A stretch of DNA of 50,753 bases, filler included, from Catajapyx aquilonaris (lineage: Eukaryota), in assembly GCA_000934665.2 (NCBI GenBank). It is 3 parts of 3 records of this genome, joined end to end, with 100 filler letters (N's around TTAATTAATTAA, not from the genome) between each part and the next. Parts side by side here need not be neighbours in the genome. Positions count along the whole stretch, not along the records: positions 1 to 17,460 come from KZ539653.1; 2 more parts are not named here. One strand, 5' to 3'. Below the pieces are notes generated by a model that was not told where the DNA came from, searched no databases, and saw nothing but the letters and a program-made list of their open reading frames with translations. Of this stretch, positions 1-11,557 are shown in pieces. The translations under genes were made by a program, and so were the position numbers. Within the stretch, counting starts at the first letter, position 1, and every line of letters begins with the position of its first letter.

Positions 1-486
1 GAACAGCATTTACTGCTGCATCGGTTGCGTATGTTTCCCTGATTTTAGCCCTTCTTATTAACATTCCAATTCTAGACTCTCATTTGATTAGCAAGTCCCT
101 TCATTTCCACCTTAAGATGATTAACAATAAGAGTTAATTTCTAATGCTACCAAAACAGCCATAAGAATTCAGATCAGCCTCATCTTCAGACTTTGGGTCA
201 TGGCAATTTTGACCATTTCACATCAATATTAACCAGCAGTTTTGTTTTGCTGATCCCAACAGAGTGAGAACAAAGGAGAAGTCCTGTAAGAATTATCATT
301 TACTAGGTGCTATAGCTTCATTTTAAAAATTCCATTTTGCACAGATGCTCAATTTTCTCCCCAATTACCTCTGGTTACAGGAACCCCTTCCAACAATTGT
401 TCGCACTGTCATCATGAATGCAAGGAATGGAATATGGATCAAGTTAGAAGCAAGATAATCAAGCATGACAAGCTGGTTGACACACA

Positions 487-492
487 TTTATT
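487..492 (-). promoter_or_regulatory. Polyadenylation signal AATAAA of kanadaptin
   Basis: tttatt on the plus strand, about 60 nt downstream of the stop codon. Confidence 0.6.
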
Positions 493-552
493 GTAAGTAT
501 TAGGCTTGACAAATTGGATTGCTTTTTAAGCATTCACCATTTTAAGTAAGAG

Positions 553-1005
553 TCAATACCCATACTTGTCATTTAGACTCGTTCTCCCATCCCCAGACTG
601 TCCTTCAGGAGGTGTCCATGTTGAGTATTCTGGTTTGCTGCTATCGTAACTTCCAGTTGGCTGCTTTCTTGCTGGCCTTACTCGCTTCCTCTTAGCCTTC
701 TCCTTTGGCTTTTCCATTTCTATTTCATGTGCATGCTTGTTATCTTCAGCCTCTGGAACTATCCCAGATGATTCCACTTTCACCTTTTCCAACTTGTCAG
801 TGTCATCCATTTCTACATGTTCCAATTTATCAGTTTTCTTAACCACCATATTGCTTTCCAGAGCAGCTTTTGAAGTTCCTGCAACATCCTCTTCGGCTTC
901 GTCTTGCTCTTCCTCTTCTTCTTCCTCTTCCTCTTCATCTTCATCACATTCCAGTCTTGAAGTGGATGCCTTATGACTGCTACCAGTAGCAATTTGTAAA
1001 TCAGG
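553..1005 (-). CDS. SLC4A1AP: Kanadaptin (SLC4A1AP homologue), terminal coding exon
   Basis: Ends YSTWTPPEGQSGDGRTSLNDKYGY*, matching the conserved kanadaptin C-terminus (W-x-PPEGQSGDGRT-x-LNDKYGY). Glu-rich run; acceptor ttttgcag at 1006-1013, phase 0. Confidence 0.93.
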   Translation of the reverse strand, partial: PDLQIATGSSHKASTSRLECDEDEEEEEEEEEEQDEAEEDVAGTSKAALESNMVVKKTDKLEHVEMDDTDKLEKVKVESSGIVPEAEDNKHAHEIEMEKPKEKAKRKRVRPARKQPTGSYDSSKPEYSTWTPPEGQSGDGRTSLNDKYGY

Positions 1006-1057
1006 CTGCAAAATGAATGGAATGTCAAATTTGATTCATACTGAATTAGTGACTTAT

Positions 1058-1471
1058 TTATTTATTTATTTGGGATCCCCCTTGAGACCAATTGGTCAAT
1101 GCAGGGGGAGGAGATCTCCATTTTTCTGACTTTACAATCTCACCGGTGCAGGGACAGGGAAGGGATAGGGAGGGAGGAACAAAGGTGCAGTGCATTGTCC
1201 TGTGGTGGGGGCCGTGTGCAGTCCCTCAGGGGGCCAAGCTTAGACACCCCCCTAGGCGCGGCCGGAAGCTCCCCACCGACACCGCGCCTTCTCCAGGGAA
1301 AGGAAGGAAGCGGCTGTGGCCTATTTAACGGTACGATCCCGGGATTTCCCTGGAGTGACCTTGGAAAACCACAGAAAACCAAGGTCAGGACCGCCGGCCT
1401 CCGGGACTCGAACCCAGGACCTCCCGATTAGCAGTCGGACACCATATCCACTACACCACTACTGCTTCGGT
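1058..1471 (-). mobile_element. tRNA-derived SINE, family A (tRNA-Ser(GCT)-like head)
   Basis: A box TGGTGTAGTGG, GACTGCTAATC anticodon arm, B box GGTTCGAGTCC, (AAAT)n tail. 16-bp TSD tgaattagtgacttat at 1042-1057 and 1472-1487. Confidence 0.9.
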
Positions 1472-2544
1472 TGAATTAGTGACTTATGTCATCAATTATA
1501 AACTATATTTGCAAGGATATTAGATTTATAAAATAATTCAAAGTAGTTGTAGAACTGGAATAATTAGTGTTGGTTCAAATTTTACATCCTGCTTTTCCTT
1601 GAACATATTATGCAAAATTTTGATCAAAATCAAGTGGAAGGTGATTTAAAGTTTATGTTCGAGAATAATTTTATCATCAACTGCCACCATTTTTAGTGGA
1701 AGTTGTTAATAATATTAGATAGAAAAGTGGAACTCAATTTTGTTGTGTTAATTCCAGTATTGTGAAAATCTGCATATGAAATCCACAATTTTGCCATTTT
1801 CCCCTATTTCAAATTCCCACAGGAGGTGCTAGGAACAGCAGATATTTTTATTTTTATTTTGCTAGCAATGGTAAATGATGACTGATTCTTAGAGTTGCCA
1901 ATTGTTCACTAAAACTGCAGTACTTAAAATAAATATATCAAAATCATGGTTCCTATTCCAAAGATAAAATACATTAAAAAATTATGTCAAGTTCCTTGCA
2001 CCCTGTGACAATTTTAAACATGAAAAAACAGAAAAATTGCAAATCACATGCCAAATTTTGCAATAGCAGAATCAATAGGCTTAACTGAGTTTCACTTCAT
2101 CACATCTGACCATTCACCAGAGGCTTCACTTTGTCAGTCATATGAGGTGACCAAGTGTAACCTGGACTCCGCTGGCTACCCCTGAATGGGATTTATGCAG
2201 TGAAGTCCATGAATGAATGCTAACATAATTAGCAACAACTTCCACTAAAAATTGGGACAGTCCATGTCAAAAACAATCCTGAGACAGATCGTTTCATGGG
2301 ATGGAAGTGTGCCCATCAATAAAGATGCAATTTATTGTCTAGGTGAATTTTCTCTGGAAAAACGTATGTTGATTCTGACGTTCACATGCAGCATGGTTTG
2401 ATATATTTTTGTGAACTGAAGGGTTTGGTGGCAAAACTGGATGAGTCCACTTTCGGCCGAAAATGAGTTATGGGTGGTTCTCTCACCTTGTGGCCATTCT
2501 GCATCTTTCCGTACAAAAATCAGAACTGTCATGTAGTCTACTGA

Positions 2545-3439
2545 CAAGGGAAGGTCATAGGGTGATAATGACGGATCTTGATGAAATTGATCATGCTAAT
2601 ACAGGACAATATATGATACCCAAAAATGAAATATTTCATGCGGAACCCCATATTTGCAAAAGTTATGACGTCTTAAAGTTCCAAAAATAATACATTTTCA
2701 TACCCCATGGGATTACATTAGCGACCACATATAATGACATTGAAGTGTGTAATCAGTTTCTAGACCGTTTCTCATTCTTTCAGGGAGCATGTGAATCGAT
2801 ATATAGTAACCTAGGCAACATATCGATTCCAGTATCGGCTTGGGCGATAACATCATGGCGGCCGATGACGCTCATTGCAAACATGTCCAACGTCAGGAAT
2901 AAATTCCACAGCCCCTGTGCCAGAGAGTCAGGTAAAACCCGGAGTAAATCCCCGAAAAACACTGTCAGGAATATACGGAAACTAACTTCGAAATCCAACG
3001 ATAACCCACCCGTAAAGTAGACTTGTGCGGATAGAGTGAACCCGGAAGACCGGAAGTGGCGGGTCACCAGAAGTTGACCATGAAACCTATTTTGGTCACG
3101 CTCAATCCGAATATAAAAACAGTTTGTCGCTATCTCTTACGGTTTAGGCCTTGATACCTGTCCACAGACGGACGTACGGCCAGAGCCGTTCTGTATGACT
3201 TTTTTCCGATGAGAAAAGGTCTAGAAACTGATTACCCACTTCAATGTCATTATATGTGGTCGCTAATGTAATCCCATGGAGTATGAAAATGTATTATTTT
3301 TGGAACTTTAAGACGTCATAACTTTTGCAAATATGGGGTTCCGCACGAAATATTTCATTTTTGGGTATCATATATTGTCCTGTATTAGCATGTTAAATTT
3401 CATAAAGATCCATTGTTATCACCCCGTGACCTTCCCTTG
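2545..3439. mobile_element. MITE with ~200-bp TIRs (CAAGGGAAGG termini), superfamily unassigned
   Basis: 2545-2743 is the near-perfect reverse complement of ~3240-3439; flanked by TGA/TGA. Confidence 0.85.
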
Positions 3440-3844
3440 TGAGGAAATATAGCCCTCCCAAGTGACAGCATAAAGGTTCAGAGCACACATCGGCTGTGTT
3501 TTCGCCCTCTAGCGAGTGACATTACAAAAGTCACCTCCTAGACTTTTCGGAAACATGAAGCACACATTTCACGCTTCATTTTGAGGTCCACAGAGATATT
3601 ATGTGCAAGGTAAGTTATGCTTTGTGAGTAATACATAATTATAAAGATGATTCTCATTAGCAAATTCATACACCACAAAACTCTCCTGATCTGTTTGAAA
3701 TAATCTGATAACATCTGTCACCCTATGCTTAGTGAGTCCACCCTGGTTATCCAAAAACTGAACAGGCTTCCTATGATGGGTACCAATTTGGAGATCTATG
3801 AATGTGCCCTTATGTTATTTTTCATAGATTAGTATGGCCCTATA

Positions 3845-4149
3845 CAGGGTGTTCCTTACGAGTAGGTCAACCCGAAGTCAGCGTATTCCTTGTACCAAAA
3901 CAAGTCTAAAATGTAGGGGTGAGCACTGTCGAGAGACTGTTGGGATTTGCAAGGTCACCTCTTTCTCAGAACTCAGAAGTGATTATCTCAGCTCATATCC
4001 TGCACCTTCAGCAACCACCGGCCAATGTTTCTGGTCATCTACCTTGTTAACGGTTGGTCCCCCGACATTTCTCACCCCTACATTTTCGACTTGTTTTGGC
4101 TCATGGAATACGCTGACTTCGGGTTGACCTACTAATAAGAAACACCCTG
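3845..4149. mobile_element. Tc1/mariner-type MITE
   Basis: CAGGGTGTT...AACACCCTG termini, long imperfect TIRs, TA TSD. Confidence 0.85.
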
Positions 4150-4572
4150 TATAATGGAAGCTTGTTCATAACATAACAACTTTGCTAAATGGATTGATTT
4201 TGCTACATAAATGTTACATTGCCCCTAACACAAGGTCCATACCATAAGTTATAAGCCTATATTTTAAGCACAAAAAAGAATTCCTGTACAATGAACCACA
4301 GATCAATAAAATCTTGATTATTTTTTCACCTCGCAATAAAATTTCCTTCCTGACTAATGATTTTTTTGTCACATGTGTAGTACAGTTTAGAATTCTTTAT
4401 CCAATATACCAAGAACCTCCAATTCTAATGTTTCTGGCATGACATGCCACAAATGGAAAATTCCATGCGAGTATAACATGACTAGCATCATCAATTTTCA
4501 TCATTATCTGTACTTATACAAAATGATTAAGCGTTTATATAAACTACCTGCAGGCTTCATAACTTCTATTAA

Positions 4573-5400
4573 AGGGACAGTCCATTATTGAGACAAGCTG
4601 GTCTCTAAAAATCGTCCCAAAAATAAGATTTCCAATGGTGCAGTCCATTTTTCTCTCATCCAAATGGTAACCTCAGGGCGAAAGCTGGAAGTGTGTCGTT
4701 TGAAAACCGCGTACAGCCGAGGTGGCGATGCCACCAGATGAGGGCAGAACTAAACGCATGTAGGGCACGAATTATGGGTGCTTTCGCGTAGCCCACTATT
4801 TCCCCCTGTCCGCACTGCACCGAAGTGTGACATTCATGATGTCAGTGCTAACTAGCACCAGACTTCTGCCTGGCTTGTTAAGCTCCGTATCAGATCGCGC
4901 ACTCTCTTTTTCCATGATATTAGGCCCCGGAACAGAATCACAGGACTGGGCCATCCTGGAAGAACCACATCACATTTGAGAATAGCTGCTAATATGTGTT
5001 AGGGTCCAGAAGATTGCTAATGGCTCTGTTTCAATGACTAATTCCAATTTGAAGGACCATTGGTGTATGCCAAGCTACAACATTAAGTCATTTTGTTGTT
5101 AAACAATTAGGTGTAGCACACACTGGCCTAGGCAAGTGACATGTCATTAGCAGTTACTTGTGTATCAGTGCTGCTGCTAGAATATATTGTTTAGGCCCGT
5201 ACACGTCCGTGGTTCGACCGTCTGGCCCCCAGCTTGTTTTTTGTGTCACCAGGCATCGCCACTCGCTGAGCGGGAGATTATGATTTTACGAATCTGACCT
5301 CTCGCCCTGGGGTTACTTTTCGGATGAGAGAAAAAACGAACTGCACCGTCGGAAATCTTATTTTTGGAATGATTTTTAGAGACCAACTTGTCTCAATAGT
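4573..5400. mobile_element. Kolobok-like MITE, right end degraded
   Basis: TTAA|AGGGACA left end and ~110-bp imperfect IR. Shares the internal gaaagctggaagtgtgtcgtt...ggtggcgaygccaccaga block with 20601-21035. Confidence 0.6.
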
Positions 5401-5408
5401 GTGGATAT

Positions 5409-5741
5409 TTTTATTTTTTTTATTTTTAGATACCCCGTGCTAGGGCCTTTTGGCCCTCTTAGGGGGATGGAAATACCACCATCTTTTTTGGAACCATATA
5501 ATATGATATTTAATTGTTCCAAGGGTAAGTAGGAGGGGATGTGCAAGTGCAATGTCATTGCTTGGTCATGTTGTGAACTCCCCCGGGTGGATTAGTCTAG
5601 CGGAAATTTCCACCCGAGACGAAGCCAGAGATGGCCCAACTCTGCACGAGATGAAGGGGAGAACCCCGGGTTGGGTTCAAACCCGGGACCTTAACATCCG
5701 TGGGCGCGCGCGTTACCGCAGCACCACTCCGCCTCCCTGTA
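5409..5741 (-). mobile_element. tRNA-derived SINE, family B
   Basis: Pol III A/B-box head, shared family-B body, A-rich tail; TSD tgtggatat at 5400-5408 and 5742-5750. Confidence 0.88.
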
Positions 5742-5754
5742 TGTGGATATCATG

Positions 5755-5887
5755 TTCAATCATTTATCCCATCCCAAAGCTGTCCCACTTTATAGACGCA
5801 AATATACCAATATTTCAAAATCCCCAAAAATTCAAAATCTGAAACACTTCCGATCCCAAGCATTTTGGATAAAGGATTCTCAACCTG
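5755..5887 (-). mobile_element. Tigger/pogo terminal fragment (Tigger4/MER46-like)
   Basis: Minus strand reads CAGGTTGAGAATCCTTTATCCAAAATGCTTGGGATCGGAAGTGTTTCAGATTT..., which resembles the Tigger4 terminus as I recall it. Confidence 0.6.
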
Positions 5888-6068
5888 CCGCTTGAAAATC
5901 CCCTTGTGGCAGAACTCCATCCAACAATATGTAAACATCAACATTCCACAGTGGCTCCTGCACTGGGCTTCCTTGTCATGAACGATCTTGTGTAATGCCA
6001 TTCATCATTTTCTGTGATTTTGGGATAAAAATGATGCCACCAGCTATTGTTACCTGAGTTGTCATCAA

Positions 6069-7396
6069 CCCTTTGTCTTCCGCTGGATTCTGCACTGTTT
6101 GGGTGGGGGTTTAAAAATAGCGCCCTAGGTCAAAATCACTGGATCTAGCACCATTGGTTTCACTCTCGATTCATGCACAATATGGGGCTGAAGCATCCGA
6201 GACCTACAAACCCGACTTGCATCTTGAGAGAGCATACCACCTCATATGCTATGCACGAGAAGGTGATGTCATCCTATTGCAACATCTACGCGGTTGTTTT
6301 TAGGCGGCTTCCACCCCTCAAAAAAATCCAAGATATTTCTATATGATTGCCCAGTCCCTCTGATGAATTACAAAAACATTAAGTGTCCATTAATTTTTTA
6401 AAGGTTTGGTTTAAAAGGAGGCAACGTGAGCCACCGGTGCAACAAAAGGGGGCTCAGGTGGCAAGTGGCCACTGCCTAGAGCTCGGAGCAGTCCGCCCCG
6501 CCAATTAGGAGTATGGTCACTTTCACAGCCGCAATGGTGCCGGGGGAGTTTGGCTACCCTTGACAGATCGTTCTAATATTTCCCCCGGCGAAAAGTAAGT
6601 CGCATAATTTTGGGAATTTTTAAATGGTTTTCAGCTGCACTTCCACTTACCGAGAAATATGCGGTAGGGTGCTTGTCTATTTTAATTTGTTTACTATGAA
6701 TGAGACCTTTGGCCTATTCCATCATGCCATTAACCCTGGAATCGTGACGTGCCTGAAAGTGACGTTAACTGTGACGTGGGGTCCTTTAGGATCCCATATG
6801 CCACATTTTAATTTTTATTAATTTTTATATAATACTTTTTCAATGAATTGACTATATGCAATCATTCTTTGAACAATGCCTAAAATGATCGCTAATTCAA
6901 AATAAACATGCACTTCCTGTTATATACTTTTTAAAAAAATGGCAACAGTTCATTTTTGTAGTGGAGAGTTTTCTTTCGCGTATTCTGGGAACCGTGATGT
7001 GGGGCTCCGTTTGGACCCCACGAGAGCATGGGTACAAGAACAACGCCTTATTTTACATTTTGGTAGGTGTGAAAATCATGAAACCGGATTTGTTTCATGA
7101 AATGAAGTTTTTTTGAGGAATAAACGGAGTTTCAGGTCATTATCGTTTCAAGGTCACTCATTTCGATGCATTTTACATTTTTACTTCCTTTGGGGTCCTA
7201 AAAGACCCCACGTCACAGTTCCAGGGTTACAAATATCACGCAAATGGCATAAATACTCATGAACATAGCCTTAGGTAACTCTTCTAGTTTCAATGGTGAA
7301 AGAAATTTCCGTCGGGGTTATGCCAGTGAATTAATTAAAAACAAATTTGTTTGGTCATATGATCATATGACCAACATGGCCATGGGAGACAAAGGG
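6069..7396. mobile_element. piggyBac-type non-autonomous element (outer)
   Basis: CCCTTTGTCT...AGACAAAGGG termini, degenerate TTAA flanks (tcaa/ttat), subterminal 24-bp palindrome at 7351-7374. Confidence 0.55.
6734..7226. mobile_element. piggyBac-type MITE (nested)
   Basis: TTAA|CCCTGGAA...TTCCAGGG|TTAC, with subterminal ggggtc..gacccc palindromes. Confidence 0.75.
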
Positions 7397-7698
7397 TTAT
7401 AATGATTATGACAGTAATGATGCAGGATGAATGTCATCGTGTTGTTTATGAAAATCTGGAATACAGTTCTGCTTGAGGCGAATTTTCAAACTCCTACTCA
7501 AGTGGTAAAAATGCATAAATTGGGATGAAAATTACATAAAAAAGTAAAGAAAGGAATAATATTTAGCTGTTGACTGGAACATTGCCACACAACAATTCTT
7601 ATCAATGCTAAAATTATATAGGGCCTACTTATGACTTTCAATATAAGCCTTGTAATACCCCACTGCCCAGTAATAGCAAAAGACTTCAAACCACTCAC

Positions 7699-7860
7699 TC
7701 CTCTAATCCTTTTTCGCAATTTTCCTCTATTGTGCAACTTCTTAGGATCTCTTGAATCATTCTTCATCAGTGGTTTCAGGTCAGGCATCAGTGCTGGTTT
7801 AGTTAAGTTAATAAGCTTAACCAGTTGTTCCTCTTCACTCTGCAGCCTGTTCATGTCCAT
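7699..7860 (-). CDS. SLC4A1AP: Kanadaptin internal exon (MDMNRLQSEEEQLVKLINLTKPALMPDLK...RIRG)
   Basis: ttgcag acceptor and GGA|GTGAGT donor, 54 codons, phase 0/0. Resembles the kanadaptin coiled-coil 'EQQRLKGLIKIVKPA' region. The donor choice is less certain because the ORF reads on further. Confidence 0.8.
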
Positions 7861-8769
7861 CTGCAATATATTCATTAGAAGTAAGAAACCATGTCCACAC
7901 CGGCACACCTAATTCGAGGCAGACCCATAATCCAATCTTGTACCCTGTTTTGTCCCACCACCTGGGAGATTGTGAGAGGTAGTTTCCAGAGTCAAATTGC
8001 TATGTACACTAACTGGGAGAACCTTCTAATGCCCATGGACAATCAAGAGCTGCACATATTGTCATGTAAGTAAATAATTTTAAATATAAAATAAAATAAA
8101 ATAAATGAGGCTATGCACCCACATTACAAAATTGGGGGAAACTGGGGGAAATACATAAAGGAGAGCTCAGAACGGCTCAGGAATCAATGTGTGCAGAGAT
8201 GATGGGGAAAACGCATGCCCATGTGCAGTCCCCATGTTGCACTGACTGATCAATTTACATAGTCAGATATACAAATGTTGAGTTTTTTAAAAAATATGAG
8301 GGGTATTATTTATGTTCAAAATCTGACAATGACAAAAATTGGGCTCCTTGTTCACTACTTCACATGTCAATTGTCATAGTCCTCATTGAAAAGTAAATAA
8401 GATGTGAAGGGCTCAAGACCAATTTTCCAAGAGCCTCAAATCCCACATTGCATGTTCATAAGGTAGCTCGTGTCAAGGGAGTGGGTGATAAGGACAACTT
8501 CTAGGGCATACAGAATGTGCAACACTACCTGTCGATGCGCCATCTTACACCATGGTCAAAAAGTAGACTGCCCTATTCAAACAAGGTAGGCAGCTTGAAG
8601 GATAACCCCCACTATAGAAGAGCTCTATGCTCCACCATGACAAAATATGTGGACAAAATGGTGGAAATTGAGGAAATTGGACACTACATATTGACAGACA
8701 GGAGCATTGGGCACCTCAGCATGTGCAATTAAATCCATCTTACATGATCATCTGTTCACCCAAAAATAA

Positions 8770-8771
8770 TA

Positions 8772-8808
<37 letters not shown>

Positions 8809-8824
8809 AATAATAATAATAATA

Positions 8825-8855
<31 letters not shown>
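8770..8855 (+). repeat. (AAC)n(AAT)n compound microsatellite
   Basis: Seen directly. Confidence 0.95.
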
Positions 8856-8856
<1 letters not shown>

Positions 8857-8996
8857 TAAAGTATCTCCACGAAGTACCTTGAATTTCAGAGTCAAAACTG
8901 AAGGTAGCTCGTCACAATCAAATTTATATTTGATAAATGCCAATCCAGAATTTTCCCCACCTACTTACTGAAAATGAAACATGGGTTCCTTATGTA

Positions 8997-9617
8997 CAGG
9001 GTGTATCAGAGTCACGGCTCAAGCGTGCGCGAGGGGGTGGGGAAAAACCGTAGGTGGCGACAACCTCGGTCGGTTTCATAAAACAATTAGAAATACGTCG
9101 GTAATCAATTTATTTATTACGGCCGTATGGCGTGACGTGCGTCCTTTCTGTTTGAATTGAGCCTGGTGCGCACGGCAAATGCAAGGCAAGAATGCAGAGG
9201 TTTGAACGTGTTTGAAGCCGGTTGACGGGTTTTAGCCTTGCGGGTTGCACTGAAAAAGGCGCTCTCATGCTACACCGGCAGGGTACTGAACAAAGTAGTG
9301 TACTACTGTACAGTGGTGTGTTCAGTACTCTGCTGGTGTAGCATGAGAGCGCCTTTTTCAGTGCAACCTGCAAGGCTAAAAACCCGTTCAACCAGCTTCA
9401 AACACGGTCAAACCACTGCACTCTTGCCTTGCATTTGCCGTGCCCGCCAGGTTCAATTCAAACAGAAAGGACGTGATGTCACGCCATACGGCTGTAATAA
9501 ATAAATTGATTACTGCCGTATTTCTAATTGTTTTATAAAACCGACCGCGGTAGTCGCCACCTACGATTTTTCCCCACCCCCTCGCGCACGCTTGAGCCGT
9601 GACTCTGATACACCCTG
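8997..9617. mobile_element. Mariner-type fold-back MITE (nearly the whole element is one hairpin)
   Basis: TA|CAGGGTGTATCAGAGTCAC...GTGACTCTGATACACCCTG|TA; ~300-bp arms with centre near 9307. A half copy lies at ~26906-27144. Confidence 0.9.
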
Positions 9618-10829
9618 TATATCCTGAGACCCCTCAAGGGGACACCTTCAGGGGCGCAGAAGAAGGTCAACTACTTACAATAAAAATCTTGATGAATCTG
9701 GCATGTTGTAAAGTTATGAGGTATTACGGCTATAATGAATTTTTGTGTATCTCTGTTGTACTTGCCCAACACCAGTGTCGTGCGCCCACCCAAAAAAATG
9801 GAGTGATGGGGTAATAAACAAAATCCCCCTTACGATTATCTGGACTTTAGAATAGATAATTATGAAGTGTAACAATGTAGTTAGGCGGACACCAAAGTTG
9901 AAATTGATTTGACAGCTAGCAACTGACATAAATATGATTCCACTTGGACAGTGAATTTCCGTGGTGTCTGGTAAAAACTACATTTATACAGGGTGGGGCA
10001 AAGTCATGGGCTGGTTTAAACGACGCAGCATGGCGTAAGTAACGAACGATTATATATATGAGGCATTCCACGTCAAGCGGGCCACCTTCCGACAAATCTT
10101 TGAGGACCTTGACTAAAATTTAGTGACATGTACTACTCATCGACCTATGCAGGAATCCAAATTATTATGCCTCTGCGCTGCGTGGTTGCGTAACCACAGG
10201 GTGTCAAAGATGCCAATTTTCGACCATTTTATATACGTTCGCTGTCACTAAGATGGCCATATCTCCCAGAAGGTCAGGTCAAATATAACATTTTATATGT
10301 GTATTCGAAGGGTAATTTTACGCTCTATGAGATGGCCGTACTCAAAATTGAAAAATCCAAAAATTTAAAATCAAATATGGCGCCCAAAACATTGATTTTG
10401 ATATAGGTCGTGAATCGACCCCTACGATTTCTTTTGAATGGCACTTAAAATGACAAGGGCAATGTTTACTTCACATTTTCGAAAAATCTCAACAACCCTT
10501 TTTCGATATTTGCCGACAATAATAACTTTTTTGGTTTCAAACGCGTCCCGTAAGTGTAGTCACCAAATTTGGAGGACCATAACTAGAAGGTCAGGTCAAA
10601 TCTTATATTTGATATGCGTATTCGGAAGGTATTTTTATGCCACAGGAGATGGTCATACTCAAAATGGAAGAATCAAAAAACTTTAAATCAAATAAGACGG
10701 CCAATTTTTAATTTTGATATTGATCAATATTCGACCCCTACGATTTCTTTTGAATGGCACTTAAAATGATCAGGGTAATGTTTACTTGAGATTTCCGCAA
10801 AATCGGGAGAACCCGTTTTTGATAATTGC

Positions 10830-11195
10830 TTTTTTTTTTTTTTTTTTTTTTTTTTTTTNNNNNNNNNNNNNNNNNNNNNNNNNNNNNNNNNNNNNNNNNN
10901 NNNNNNNNNNNNNNNNNNNNNNNNNNNNNNNNNNNNNNNNNNNTATACTAAGATAGTATTTAGTGTGTTCCAAGGGTAGGTAGGAGGGGATGTGCAAAGT
11001 GCATGTGCAATGTCTCTAACGGCCATTTTGTGAACTCCCCCGGGTGGCTTAGTCTGTCGGAAATTGCCACCCGAAACGAAGCCAGAGATGGCCCAACTCT
11101 GCACGAAAGAAGGTGGGAACCCCGGGTGGGGATTGAACCCGGGACCTTAACTTCCGTGGGCGCGCGCGTTACCACGGCGCCACTCCGTCTCCCTC
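10830..11195 (-). mobile_element. SINE family B (tail partly in an N gap)
   Basis: Family-B head/body, poly(A) tail; TSD ataattgc at 10822-10829 and 11196-11203. Confidence 0.85.
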
Positions 11196-11218
11196 ATAAT
11201 TGCCTAATAGAAAAACAT

Positions 11219-11557
11219 TTTTTAAAATAAAATTTACCCCGTGATGACCTGTTGGGTCTATAGGGGGTGGTGGATTACCACCATTGGTATTTGTTTTTGG
11301 AACGTGTTAAGAGAATCTTATGAATTACTCCAATGGTTGGTAGGAGGGGATGTGCAAAGGGCATGTGCGCTGTCGTTACTTGGTCATTTTGTGAACTCCC
11401 CCGGGTGGATTAGTCTTTTGGAAATTTCCACCCGAAATGAAGCCAGAGATGGCCCAACTCTGCACGGATAAAGGTGGGAACCCCGGGTGGGGATTGAACC
11501 CGGGACCTTCATATCCGTGGGCGCACGCGTTACCGCGACGCCACTTCATCTCCCTAC
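11219..11557 (-). mobile_element. SINE family B
   Basis: Family-B head/body; TSD cctaata(g/t)aaaaacat at 11203-11218 and 11558-11573. Confidence 0.88.

Noticed and set aside
737..976. Ser-rich plus-strand ORF
   Set aside because: Antisense shadow of the Glu-rich kanadaptin exon.
6355..6400. Hammerhead ribozyme core (CTGATGA), also at ~32461
   Set aside because: No stem II followed by GAAA and no closing helices were found by eye.
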